DNA of 64,000 nucleotides from Mobula hypostoma. Its lineage: Eukaryota. The stretch spans positions 39,434,001-39,498,000 of the forward strand of contig NC_086097.1 in the NCBI RefSeq assembly GCF_963921235.1, given 5' to 3'. Positions 25,761-38,990 of this stretch are shown piece after piece. The translations under genes were made by a program, and so were the position numbers. The notes beneath the pieces were generated by a model. It searched no databases. It saw only the letters and a program-made list of their open reading frames with translations, and was not told the DNA's origin. Every line of letters begins with the position of its first letter. Position 1 is the first letter of the stretch.

Positions 25761-26369
25761 GATTATGTCTCTGATGTTGTTAAATTACAAGCACAAGTGA
25801 TGAAAAATTTAATAATTTTAAAGATTTGGATATAACCCACTTGACTTTTCTCACAACTCCTGTCGCTATGGTGTAGAACTTGCAGAGAAAAATATATTTT
25901 AGAGACAGTAAAGGGCCTAGAAGCTTGATGAATCCACGTGGACAAAGTGTGGAGAAGGGAAGGGTAGTTTGTAAATGGCAACCATGTTAAAATATGGTCA
26001 AGCCATGCATAATATTGACTGATATTAAGAAATTGAGTTGTAAGTGCTATGTCGTGCTTGCAGCTTCGATGTGTGTCACTATAGAGTTGCAAGGTCAAAC
26101 TTCATTCCCTTCTGTTTGGATTTCCAAATTTCTGCATCTTTTTAGGGAGACCATTAACAGAGTAGCCACATTCTAAAGAGTATCAGAGAGTGATGGCTGG
26201 AGCTTTCTTGTCGTCAAAAATCTCCATGCATAGTCTTGGTAGTTAACAGTGGAAAAATAAAGAAAAACTGATTCCACCTGAAAATAAGCTATCTTGGACT
26301 TTTAGCAAACTCTCACCATCAACTCAGAGATTCTAATTGCAAACTACGGGGAGAGGAAAGTACCAACTC

Positions 26370-26600
26370 CAATGAGAGGTGACCTGAAGTGTTTATGATT
26401 ATGAGAGGCATGGATAGGGTGGACAGCCAGCATCTCTTTCCAAGGGCAGCAATGGCCAATAGCAGAGAATATTAAAGGGAGTGCCAGAATTAAACAGACG
26501 TTTAAAGGTAAGTGGGAGTAAATTTAGGCAATGCCAGAGGTAAATTTTTTCACACTTGGAGTGGTGGGTGTCTGGAACACACTGATGGGGACAGTGGTGT
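26370..26600 (+). mobile_element. Old CR1 fragment
   Basis: atgagaggtgacctg...ggcatggatagggtggac...tttttcacac...tggaacac. Confidence 0.6.
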
Positions 26601-27912
26601 TGCAAAAATATTGTTAAATTAGTCCTTTGTTCTTTTCTGATTCAGCAGCAAGAGGTATTCATAAACAAAGGAAGTACTGTACATCTATTCAAAGTTATAA
26701 CAATTTTTTTTATTAGGGTAATATAAAGAATAAACACAGAAAGAAAAAAATGGTTAATGAAGTAGAGAAGGAGACAAAATAATACTTATCAACCAATCAC
26801 TAAGCAACACCCCATAATATACTGCCCGAGGGAACCACAAATGTCCAACAGTGCTCCATCTTCCCCTTGTTACCCCTTGTTACCTCTCTACCCCCTTCTT
26901 TCCCCTTCCCCCTTCTCCCTCCATTCCCCCCATCTCTCTCAGCAGTAGTTGCAGAGCAACCTAAGAGAAGATTCCCATTTACATCAAGTGAGCGCCCTTT
27001 TTTATATTTTTCAAGTAACTAACATACTGTGACTTTTACCGCTGTACTTTTTCCACCCTCTAGTAGTACCAGCAAGACCCTTCTTATCCCTTGCAACCTT
27101 TGGCTTAGGCACATAACTTAGAAACAGAGACAGCAGGTCAATAAGGAAGTAAATATTCTTCACCAGTATCTAATCTCATGAACGTGCACCTGTGTACGTC
27201 TTCAGGCTTTTACCACATTCCAAGCTGACACCATTTTGTCTTACAACCACTATTTTGCATTACACACTACTGCACGTATTAAGGAGGAATCAGAAAATGA
27301 TTTGTCTGACTTAGCACTTTCCTCACACTCCATCCCTTGATTTTTCATTAGTATGTCATAGCAAAAAGAAAACATCAGGAGATCTTGGCTTGCTTGTTTT
27401 AACTAGGGCCAGCTCCCTATACCAAGTTTATGTTGGCAGGAATCAAGTTCATATTGACAGGAACCAAGTTTAAGGTCATTATTCTAAATACCACTTGTCA
27501 ATGGGAGGAGTCATAAGAGGTGCCCAGTAATATGACCATTCTGCTCCCTGCACAATTGGTCATGTTCACATGCTAATTCACTGAATCTTTTGGACCGAAT
27601 ATGCCGACGTTTCCAATGAAGGATCCTTGTAATCGGCAGCATAGGCCCTTGGATCCCTTCCTTATGAAATGCTGCCAGGTGATAGAAAGAGCAATTGTTG
27701 GGATGGAGGGAATTCATGAATAATGATGCATGAAGTCATTTAGCTGACATTTGTATCCACCTACTTCTGTAAGCAGGTGAAAAAAGTGCTCCAAATAACA
27801 GACAGTGACAAGAAAAAAATGATTATAAATGGCTGTATATTTTAATTTATACAAATTTGCACATAAGAATTGAATATTTACATTGTTAGTGGATAAAAGG
27901 AGTTCTTTATAT

Positions 27913-29230
27913 CAGTAGTCCCCAACCACCGGGCCGCAAAGCGTGTGCTACCGGGCTGTGAGGAAACAATATGATTTGGCGATGTGAGTCAGCTGCACCT
28001 TTTCTCATTCCCTGTCACGCCCACTGTTGAACCTGTACGCACGCAAGGTCATTACGCACGCTTCATCCATGTCAGCGCGGGAAGAAGATCAACTCCTTAA
28101 GCTTGCAAATGATGGCAGGTTGAAAAGTATGTTTGACATAACACCTTTGCCGGCATTCTGGATCAAAGTCAAGGCTGAATATCCTGAGATAGCCACGAAA
28201 GCACTGAAAACGTTGCTTCCATTTCCAACATATCTCTGTGAAGTGGAGTTTTCTGCAATGAATACAACGAAAATAAAATTGCGGAATAGACTGGACATAA
28301 GGAATCCCCTTCGAGTATCGCTGTATCCCGTCACCCCTCGATGGCACCGTCTTGTTGCAGGGAAACAAACCCAGGGCTCCCACTGATTCAGTGATATTGG
28401 TGTGTTGCAATGATTTTATATGTTCATACGAGGAAAATATGTGCTGTGTGTTTAATATCCAAATGTTACTTAAAATGTTATGATGATATTGACTTATAAT
28501 TGACTTATCATTATATTCATGCGAGGAAAATATGCGGTGTGTTTAATATTAAATTTGTTAGATAAACCCTTTCAGAAATGAAATTGAGTGTATTAGCCAC
28601 TTATAAGTGACTTATAGTTGACTTATCACCTATATTCTGGTTGTGATTAACACCCGCCCCCCACCCCCCAGGGTTGCCAACTGTCCCGTATTAGCCGGGA
28701 CATCCCGTATATTGGGCTAGATTGGTTTGTCCCGTATTTCCCCTGCTAAGGTAGAGTGTTCCTATGAAACTGTTCGTGTTGAAATGGCGTAAGTGAAGAA
28801 GCAATTACCATTAATTTATATGGGAAAAATTTTTGAGTGTTCCCAGACCCAAAAATTAACCTACCAAATCATACCAAATAACACATAAAACCTAAAATAA
28901 CACTAAGATATAGTAAAAGCAGGAATGATATAATAAATACACAGCCTATATAAAGTAGAAATAATGTATGTACAGTGTAGTTTCACTGAACAGAATTGCC
29001 AAAAACGATTTGTAGAAAAAAATCGGCACGTACATGCATGCGCACACAGGTGCCCGCGCAAGTCTTCATGGTCATGGTAGTCTTTCTCGGGGTAAACACA
29101 AGTGTCCCGAATTTGACTGCTACTCTTGTCCGTTGGCAACCCTACCCCCCCCCCACCCCGAATGGCCGGTCCGCAAGAATATTGTCAATATTAAACCGGT
29201 CCGCAGTGCAAAAAAAGTTGGAGACCCCTG
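27913..29230 (+). mobile_element. hAT (Charlie/Buster-like) element, copy 2
   Basis: Perfect 8-bp TSD ctttatat. hAT dimerization remnant at 28027..28386. Confidence 0.92.
28669..29144. mobile_element. Nested MITE (cagggttgccaac...gttggcaacccta) carrying a Tigger end fragment
   Basis: Inverted termini inserted in a C-run. 28739..28980 matches the Tigger terminus at 16273..16500. Confidence 0.8.
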
Positions 29231-30134
29231 CTTTATATGTCTGATCCTCAGGCCTAGAAGCACTTTGGAATACTGGTGAAGTATGTTATATAAGAAAGTT
29301 CATTCATTTTTCTATTTCTGAATTAAATCACTTCTTCAATGTACATATTGGCCTACATGGCCTCAATTAGTAGAATTCATTAGTGTCTTGGTTTCTTAGC
29401 ATTACTCTATTCAACTTACCAAAAAAAGGATTTCTCTCCTCTGTGTTTTGGCATGTATTGGATTAGATCCTGATGACATAATTGCATTCTCTCAGTGGAA
29501 ATATTATCTTTTGAGGCACATATTGGCTACTTTGGAAGAATTTTATATTCTTCACTGGTGTAGAGCAATAAATGTGGCCAGCAAAATAGAGGCATTTATT
29601 ACTATACTTAAAGTACTCCTTCCCTCTGCTTTTGTCATTTGTCATAGAGAGAACCTAATCTGATCTTTCAATGGACATTTTTGAAATCCATAGTAAATAA
29701 CAAAGAGAAGGTGATCTGAATTCATGGTGTATTTCTTAAATATTTTTTACCCCAAGTTACTTTCCTTATAAACCAGGGATTTGAATGTCCTTTACCTAAG
29801 GATGAGAGTTGGGAGAACCAGGAGATGCAGTGATTGATATGCCTGAGATCTAGCTCGGCTTATCCTTATTATTTAGGTGTTTTCAGATTTGTACACCGGC
29901 CATTTCAAGGCCTGTAAATCCTATTTTAATCTTTTGCCAGGTTGGTGCATTTTTGCCAAGAAATGTAATCATGTAGCACCATTTATTTCAAGGCTATGTA
30001 ATACAAAACAGACATTTTCTATAGAGAAACAGAATAATAATCGTGTTCTTTGATAGCAGTACACAGAATGTCCAGCAGCATCTGTGGAGAAAGAACCAGG
30101 TCAGCAGCACTTTATTAGAACTTAACATGTCAGT

Positions 30135-30425
30135 GCCATAGCAGCGTAGCGCTTAGCACAATGCTATTACAGCTCGTGTCGTTCCGAAGTTCAGAGTTCA
30201 ACTCCGGAACCATTCTGTAAGGAGTTTCTGTACATCCTTCCTGTGGAATGCTTGGGTTTCCCCCGGGTGCTCCACTTCCCTCCCACTGTCTAAAGACGCA
30301 CCAGGTAGGTTAATTAATGGGTTACTGTAAATTGTCCTGTGATTAGGTTAGGATTAATCGGAGTTGTGGGGTTGTACAGGTGGCATGTCTGGAAGGGTCT
30401 ACTCCATGCTGTATTGCTAAATAAA
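30135..30425 (+). mobile_element. V-SINE-like SINE
   Basis: tRNA-like head (tagcgtagcg...gagttcaactcc), central gggtttcccccgggtgctcc core, (taaa) tail. Confidence 0.72.
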
Positions 30426-33246
30426 TGTGTAAATAAGTAACTGACTTACAATAATTATTTTCTAATTGTTTCATGTTACTTTACTTTGGAAATCTGATCT
30501 AGCACTTACAAATATGCATTTTGCTTGTGTGTCTGATACAACTTCTGCATCAGATATACAACCAGTGATGTCATTCCCCATGCATCACTCCTCTGAAACC
30601 ATGGCACAGAAATTTAGACCACATGATCAAGGGAATAATTACTCGTGCTCTCTCAGAACAACTAGGTTTAACGGCTCTGTTCCGAACTGGAATCTCACTA
30701 AGATTGGCTCTACTAATTGGCAATCCTTAGGCCATCCTCCTAACAAGATGCTAATCTGCTTCAACTGCCCCTTCTCTCCCCCCCCCACTCCACCCCACCC
30801 TTCCCTTCCTGTCAATTGCTAGTAACCTCACAACTTTTGATTGGCTGTAGTCTTGATCCAGTCTCCAGGTCACCTGCTCCCTTCCCAGTAAGATAACCAT
30901 GTGGAAAAGATGTCAAAGTTGAATTTCTTTTCCTCTTCAGTTTACAGATTTGTTTCATGGTCTGCATTGGTGGTGATCAACCAATTTGGTGAGTTAACCT
31001 TCAATTCATCCACATAGTTCACATCAGAGCATTATTCCCACCAACCACCCCTGACAGCCACATCATGGTACTTCATCTGGAAGAAATGAACGACGTAACC
31101 CATGTCAAAATAAATTTGAAATTTGGAGTATTGCATCTCTCTTCCCATAGATTGTTTTAGAGTCATTAAGAGAACAGCATCACATTTTTAAATATCGTGT
31201 GTGCAAATCTGAATCAGATGATTTTTTTTCTATTTTGCTTTCCCGTTTTCTGGCTTGTTTATTACAGGTCTATTAAAGGAACCGTACAGAACACAGAAAC
31301 ATCATTATGGCTGTATTTTAATCAAGCTATTTTTTGTGCAGTATTTGTTTTTGCCACTCACTGAAACAATTCTCTAAGCAGCGCTTATATCACATTTAAA
31401 ACTTCTATTTTTATTCACCTTGGCTCACAAAAGCAATAGTTATGGATGGTAAATTTGGACCCAGCCAACAAGACCTTTGCTGTTGGAGATAAGTGAAGTG
31501 TAAAAAAAAAGATTAATAAGTTTAACAATGTGACAGTTTAAATTCAAGAGGCCAGAGAGTACAAATGAGGTGGAAATTCAATTGATTTATGATTCTGAAA
31601 TGTAAATCCATAAATGTATGTGAGAGCTTGCTTAGGAGATAACTGAGGCATAGCAGATTATTCATCTTAATAAAATGGTTTCAGAGAAGGAATATAAACC
31701 GCTGGTCTAGGGTTCGTTTAATTGATTCAAAATGAAAAAGATAGCTCGCCAGAAAAAGTGGGTCGAAGGACAATTTAGATTCAGCATCTTAAGTATTTGA
31801 TATCATAAGTGAATCAGAGAACTGGGACACTGCAGATAATGAAAAGTAATAGGAATCAAAGGATACATGCTCTTGTCCAAAGTAACTTTGCATTTATAAA
31901 AGAAATAGCTCAGGTAAATGAGAAAGTGAAATGATTTTAAAAGTGAAAATACAGAACTTAATATTATTTTGCTCCACTTTAAAACAACTGCATCGCCCCA
32001 AGATGAGATACAATGTGCAGGTCTCGACAGATAGTTTTAATATGAAGCAAATGCCCTGTTAGCCTGAATACAAGAAGTTCAATAACCTCACATGAGGAGT
32101 CCAATGCCATTTCCCAACAAATACACTGTTAACTTCTTTTCTACCACAGCAATCATAAAACCTCATATCCCTATTTCACAGCTGCATACACAACCAAATG
32201 TTCAATCATGACAGGCACGGTACCCAAATATATCGTATAACACATTTTCCTTTCTTACAAGGCAAGATGGCACTGAGCCTGAACTGGAAACAAGTCATTT
32301 CTGCAGTTTTTAATACAAAACTGTTCTTTCATTTCATTCTTTCATATTGTTCAGGAACCTAACCCCTTCCTTCAACTGCAGCAGAGTTTCACATGCATTT
32401 CTTCCTATTTAGTGAATTGGTCCTGATGCTTGTGATATAGGTTGCCCTATAGAACACAGAACTGTATAGTGCGGGAACAGGCCATTCAGCCCATTGTCTA
32501 TTCTGACCATGATTCCAATCTAAACTGCACATCTGCCTACACATGGTCTCTATCGCGCCATGCCTGTTCATGTGTCTGTGTAAATGCCTCTTAAACTTAT
32601 TAGACCATAATATAATTAGGCCATTTGGTCCATCAAGTCTGCGCCATCATTTCTTCATGGTTGATCCATTTCCCTTTCAACCCCATTCTCTCCATAACCT
32701 TTTATGCCCTGACTAATCAAAACCCTCTCAACCTCCACCTTAAATGCACCCAGTGACCTGGCCTCCACAGCCACCTGCTGCATCAAATTCCAGATTCACC
32801 ACCTTCTGGCTGAAGAAATTCCTCCTCATCTCTGCTCTAAATGGATGTCTTCATATTTTGAGGCGGTGTCCTTTGGGACAAGACTCCCCACAAAAACCCT
32901 TCGGCAGGACTGCCTGGCCTGCTGAGTTCCTCCAACATTTTGTGTGTGTTGCTTGGATTTCCAGCATCTGCAGATTTTCTCTTGTTTGTGTTCCCTGTAG
33001 GAGACCACTAGTCACCATCAGCCAATCTGAAATGGATACTTTATTCCCATTCTTTGCCTCCTGCCAATCAGCCAATGTTCTATCCATGCTAGTATCTTTC
33101 CTGTAATACCCTGAGCTCTGATCTTGTTTAGCCTCATGTGCAGCACCTTGTTAAAAGCCTTCTGGAAGCCCAAGTACACAACAATCACCAATTCTCCTTC
33201 ATCTATCCTGCTTGTCATTTCATCAAAGAATTCCAACAGATTTATC

Positions 33247-34575
33247 TGTCATGGTCCCACCTGGCTATCCCCCATCTCCTCCTACCTCCTTGATGGTGCC
33301 TTAATTCCCGTCGTCTGATTCCCATTTGCTGCTAGTTCAATTAACTACAGCACACCTGGTTCCCATTAGAGAGTATAGGATAAGAACTCTAGTGGCACAA
33401 TCATGGGTCACCAGTTTGTTGGTCGATATTCATGTGTGTAAAGCTCATTTCCTGATCCCTTAGGACTATTAGTTCTAAGTTCTGCTCCATTCCCTGGATA
33501 TTCTATGCAGACATCCCACCTCTCCTGGAAGTTCTGGGAGTCTCCTGCATATTGATAGCGGCTCCCTGATGCCCGGAAATTATATACAATATCCCGGAAA
33601 TCGATTTTTTTGAGAGCGAGAGCGAGCATCCTGATTGGTCTCTCTTCATGCTAAGTAGGCCTATCAGTTTTCTCTGTGGGTGGGCTTTACAGTAGACCTC
33701 AAAAATAATGACAGTGTTGCTCGCTGCACTGTTTAATGCAACAGTGACTTTTCTATTGCCCATGGTGGGTTAAAATGTAAACGACATGTTGAGGTGAGTT
33801 TAACAGGTGTCATTCATTCATTAGCGTAGCTAACGTTATTTAAACTAGCTGGCTAGCTGCTAAAGAGCTACTCTATTTATGTCCCACGTGATGAGGCCAA
33901 ACTCCCTGTAGACTTGCTTAAAGTTGTAATAGAATAAACATGATAATATATGTACATATTTTAATGTCACATTTTCTATATATACCCAAGTTGGTTTACA
34001 AATTAGACAAAATCACTAAACAAACTATTACATACACCCTTGGAGATCGAGCGGGGGGTGGGGGTTGGGGGTGGGGGAGGTGGGGATACGGGGTTGCGGG
34101 GGCCAGGGGTGCTACTTCCCTGAAATGGTGGTGCTACCTCCCTGAAATGAGTTTTTGCAGGGTGGGATGTCTGTCTACGTAAACCTTGTCTCCGAAACGA
34201 GATTCCCCTGGTTACCTGTTCCATGTTCGCGACTGTGCTAGCGCCTCTCAACCCTGCCTCCGTGCCTGTGTCCTGCACTTGGGTTCATCCCCAGTCACTC
34301 CCTTGCAACAGAACGAACTGGCCAAGAATGAACCCAGTGGACTCGGACCCCGTGCAACAGGCCCTCGGCAGCCAGGGCTCCCTACTGGGCCTACATGATC
34401 AACTGCTCCGAGAAGTCATCGGAAACCTTCGTGCCCTGTCCAAGATCATAAAGAAGGTCAGTGAGCAGGTTGATCGGGTATCTGCTCCCCGTACTTTGTC
34501 CCTCCCAAGAACCCAGTCTGACCAAACCGCCTGTATCCTGCACTTGGGTTCGTCCCCAGTCACTCCCATGCAACA
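33247..34575 (+). mobile_element. Internally deleted Gypsy-type LTR element
   Basis: TG...CA, 5-bp TSD ttatc. LTR end cctgcacttgggttc.tccccagtcactccc.tgcaaca occurs twice (ending 34310 and 34575). Gag start MNPVDSDPVQQALGSQGSLLGLHDQLL. Confidence 0.8.
33508..34173. mobile_element. Non-autonomous DNA transposon inside the LTR
   Basis: Perfect 13-bp TIR cagacatcccacc/ggtgggatgtctg, flanks tctatg/tctacg. Confidence 0.7.
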
Positions 34576-36139
34576 TTATCAGGCAAGATTTTCCCTTAAG
34601 GAAACCGTGCCGACTTTGGCCTATTTTGTCATGTGCCTTCAGTACCCTGAAACCACATCCTTAACAATCGACTCCAACACACTGAGGTCAGGCTAACTGG
34701 CCTAAAATTTCCTTTCTTTTGCTTCGCTCCTTTCTTGAAGACTAGAGTGACATTTGCAATTTTCCAATCTTCCTGAACCATTCCAAAATCTGTTGATTCT
34801 TGAAAGATCATTCCTAATGCTTCCATAAACTGTTCAACTACATTTTTAGAATCCTGGGATGTAGTCCGGGTGATTTAACTAACTTCAGATCTTTCAGTTT
34901 CCTAAGTACTATCTCCCTATTAACAACAACTTCACTCACTTCTGCCCCTTGACGCTCTTGAACTTCCAGCACACTACTAATGTCTTCCACAGTAAAGACT
35001 GATACAAAATACTTATTCAGTTTATCCATCATTTCCTTGTCTTCTGTTATTACCTCTCCAGCGTTATTTTCCAGCAGTCCAATATCTATTCTTACCTCTC
35101 TTTTACTCTTTATATAACTGAAAAAACTTTTGGTACTATTTTTGATATTATTGGCTCGCTTACCTTCATATTTCATCTTTTTCCCCCCTTATTTTTTTTT
35201 AGTTGCCTTCTGTTGGTATTTAAAAATCTCCCAATCGTCTAACTTCCCATTAAGTTTTGCTCTATTATGTGTTCTCTTTTGCTTTTATGTTGGCTTTGAC
35301 TTCCCTTGTCAGCCACAGTTGCAGTATCCTGCCTGTGGAATACTTCCTCTTCTTTGGGATGTATCTACCCTGCACCTTCCAAATTGCTCCCAGAATCTCA
35401 AGCCAATGCTGCTCTGCTATCATCCGTGCTAGTGTCCCATTCCAATGAACTTTGGCCAGCTCCTTTCTCATGCCTCTGTAGTTCTCTTTACTCCACTGTA
35501 ATAGTGATTCATCTAACTTTAGCTATTCCTTCGTAAATTGTAGGGTGAATTCTATCATATTATGATCACTGTTTCCTAAGGGTTCCTTCATCTTAAGCTC
35601 CCTAATCATATCTGGTTCATTTCACAACACCCAATCCAGAATTTCAGATCCCCTAGTGGGCTGAACCGCAAGCTGCTATTTTAGATCCATTCCACAATTG
35701 TGTCTGCTTTCACTACATCGCCTGACAGCATGTTCCAGCCATCTAACATTTTGTGTTTTCTTAAAAAAAAACACTAAAACATGTCTTGTAGGTCTCTTTT
35801 AAATTACCACCACCCCATCTAATCTTAAAACTGCTCTCTGGTATATGGCTTTCCCGCCATAGGGAAAGATATCTTGACTATCTATCCTGTGTATCCTGAA
35901 ATAATTTTATACACTTCTGTCAGGTCACCCTTAAGCCTCTGATAATTTAGAGAAAACAAATTATATTAGTCCTTAGAGGTAATACTCTCTAATCCAAGTT
36001 TATTGTCCACTTGATCATATACATGTATATCACCAAATGAAACAACATTCCTCTGGACCAAAGAGACCAAAGTGGGTCAAAGAGATTGTTGGACAGATGG
36101 AAGAGATCAATGACAATGCTAAGGGCAACATCTTGGTGA

Positions 36140-38530
36140 ACCTCTGAGTAAATTAGTTTATTATGTCCCATGTATTGAGGTATAGTGAAAAAAATTGTTT
36201 TACATGCAATTCGTACCGATCAATTCAGTACAAAAGTGCACTAAGTTAATACAAGGTAAAACTAGAACAGAATGCAGATTAAAGTGTGTTAGTTACAGAG
36301 AAACTGCTGTGCAGATAGACAATACAATGTTAACAAAGTGGATTGTGAAGACAACAATCCATCTTTTCGTACAAGGAAACTATTCAATAGTCTTATAACA
36401 ATGGGATAGAAGCTATCCTTCAGCTTGGTGGTTTGTGTTTTCAGGATTTTGTATCTGCCCCATGGGGGTGGGTGAGGGAGAAGAGAAATAGTTTGGAGTG
36501 GGTGGGGTCTTTGATTATGCTGATTACATTACCGAGGTGGTGAGAAATGTAGATTAAGTCTGTGGTTTCTCTGATGTGCTCTACTGTGTCTATAGCCCTC
36601 TGCAGTTTCTTGCAGTCATGTTGCCATACCGAGCTGTGAGGTATCTGGATAGGATGCTTTCTATGGTGCACTGATAAAAATTCTTGTCGGTCAATGGAGA
36701 TATGCCTAATTCCTTCAGCCTCCTGAGGTAGAAGCATTGATGAGCTTTCTTGGCTGTGATGTCATCGTGATTGGATCAGGACAGGCCATGGCGAGCACAT
36801 AATGATGAAGAATTAATCAATTTTAAAATAATCTTCCAGCTCTCATTAGATATGAAAATCTGTAAATCCTTTTCCCAATCTCCTTTAATTTTATGTAAGG
36901 AGGCCTTTTTCAGTCCCAGCAGTAGACCATAAATGTAAGATATTGAACCCTTATCAAAGGGTTTCAGATTAAAAATAGTATCTATTATATTCTTATCTGG
37001 ACTTGTAGAAAATATAACTAATTGAGATCTTAAAAAATCTCTAATCTGTAAGTATCGAAAAAAGTGAGTGTTGGAAAGGTTAAATTTCGTTGAAAGTTGC
37101 ACAAGAGAGATTCCCTCCATCAAACAAATCCTGAAATCATTTAATCTATCCCATTCTTTAAAAGATAAGTCAATTAAAGATGGTTTAAAAAAACAGTTAG
37201 AAAATATGGGACTTGAGAGGGAGAATCTCAATAAACCAAAATGTTTTCTAAACTGTAACCAAATCCTCAACGTATGTTTAACCACCACATTGTCAATTAG
37301 TTTATTTAAAGATAAAGGAAGTGGGGATTCAAGTAAAGAAATAATGGAAAATTTCATAACAGAGTTGACTTTCAGAGAAACCCATGTAGGGCAATTCTCA
37401 TGGTTAATGTAATATATCCAGAACGTAATATTACGTATATTAACTGCCCAACAATATAGCCTAAAATTGGGTAAGGCAAATTTTCCATTCTGTTTGGTAC
37501 AATTCAAAGTGGTACATAGAGTTCATATGTCTAAAGACAAGCTTTCCTGTTTCTACACAGATATCTCCCCTTACTGTGATAGATGTACTAATCGAGTGGC
37601 CACACTAACTCATATGTTTTGGACATGTCCGAGCCTTGAAAAATTCTGGAAAGATGTATTTCAAACTTTTTCTGCACTTTTCAATGTCAGCTTTAAGCCC
37701 AATCCTTTGACTGCCTTGTTTGGTATTGTTGAGGATAGTGCTATAAAACTGAAGCCATCTAATTTGCGGGTTTTGGCCTTTATGTCTCTTATGGCCAGGG
37801 GGGTGATCTTGCTCAAGTGGAAGGAGGCTGCCCCACCCACTCATGTTCCAAAGCTATCTGATATGTTATGCCTTGATCTAGAGAAGATCTGTTGTTCGAT
37901 TTCTGATTCTAAACATGATTTTCTAATGTTATGGGGACCCTTTCTGAATTATTTTCATAATCTTTCAACTGTTATTAAAGTATGGATCTGAGCCATTATT
38001 ATTATGATATCATATGGTAAGGTATTCTTTTTTCTTCTTTTTATTTTACCAACCAGCTCATTTTGGTAGTGGGGGTAGATATTTAAAAAAATAAAATACA
38101 ATTATTTTATTCTATTTCATTTCATAATTCGATCTTTTTTTTTATATATGATTGATTTGGAATATGGGATACTGTGATCATAGTACTGTGATTTAAATGT
38201 AATGTAATTTGTATTATTTACTTGCATCCTTATGAATTTTGTATTTGTATACACGTAATTTATATAATATCAATAAAAATATTGAAAGAGAGGACAGGCC
38301 ATGGCTATCCTAGGAACTTGAAGCTCTCAACCTTCTCACCACTGATGTAAACAGGAGCTTGTGCGCTGTCCCCCTTCCTGAAGACAATGACCATTTCTTT
38401 TGTTTTGCTGATATTGAGGGAAAGGTTTTTGTTGTGACACTATGTCGCGATGCACTCTACCTCCTTCCTGTAGTCTGACTCATCATTATTTGAGAGGTGG
38501 TCCACTACCATACTAGTATGTGCAAATTGC
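36140..38530 (-). mobile_element. Rex1/Babar-like LINE fragment
   Basis: KKLQRAIDTVEHI peptide and RT-like decayed sequence on both sides of the L1 insert. Confidence 0.65.
36793..38290 (+). mobile_element. L1/Tx1 3' fragment with inverted 5' part
   Basis: 15-bp TSD aggacaggccatggc. Minus ORF ends SSLCARH, plus ORF begins CLVQFKVVHR. aataaa and A-rich tail. Confidence 0.92.
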
Positions 38531-38789
38531 TGCACCCTCTCCATATCCTCCACATTTTACCTTTAATGTAGGTTCCAGAACTTCACAGGATACTCTATAT
38601 GTGGCCTAATTAAACTTTTATAAATATTCAACATGACTTTCCAACCTTTATACTCTGTCCCAACCGAAGAAGGCAAGCACCCTTTCCAATTGTGTTGCTA
38701 CTTTCAGGGAACTATGGATTTGGACTCCAAGTTCCCTCTGTATATCTACACTGGGAAACCAAGCACAGACAGGGTATTTGCCTTACAGA

Positions 38790-38990
38790 GCATTTTCATT
38801 CAGTCCATAGGGGTGACCATGAGCTTCCAGTTACCTGTCTCCTGTACATACTCTGACTTCTCTATTGGAGACTTTTGTCTCAGTTCCGATAAAGCCCCAT
38901 GAAAGATCAAAGAGCAGTGGCTCATCTTGCATCTGGACATATTGTAGCCTTTCAGCACAAGGTCTGAATTCAGCAATTTCAGATAACCAG
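38790..38990 (+). mobile_element. Penelope-like GIY-YIG C-terminal remnant
   Basis: Decayed 'EQWLILHLDIL*P...GL/EFSNFR*' followed by a pyrimidine-rich tract. Confidence 0.5.

Larger units (their letters stand above)
32450..35680 (-). mobile_element. CR1 LINE(s), decayed, with nested insertions
   Basis: ORF2 pieces KSPGLHPRILK, DWKIANVT...NFRPVSLTS, VYLGFQKAFNKV, and 3' tails at 32450 and 32600. Confidence 0.85.

Noticed and set aside
28027..28386. Domesticated ZBED/SCAND3-like gene
   Set aside because: Only a C-terminal fragment, inside TIR/TSD-bounded elements present three times in the window.
31032..31076. Possible minus-strand terminal exon (ttcttccag|MKYHDVAVRGGWWE*)
   Set aside because: Too short, no recognisable homology, no supported partner exons.
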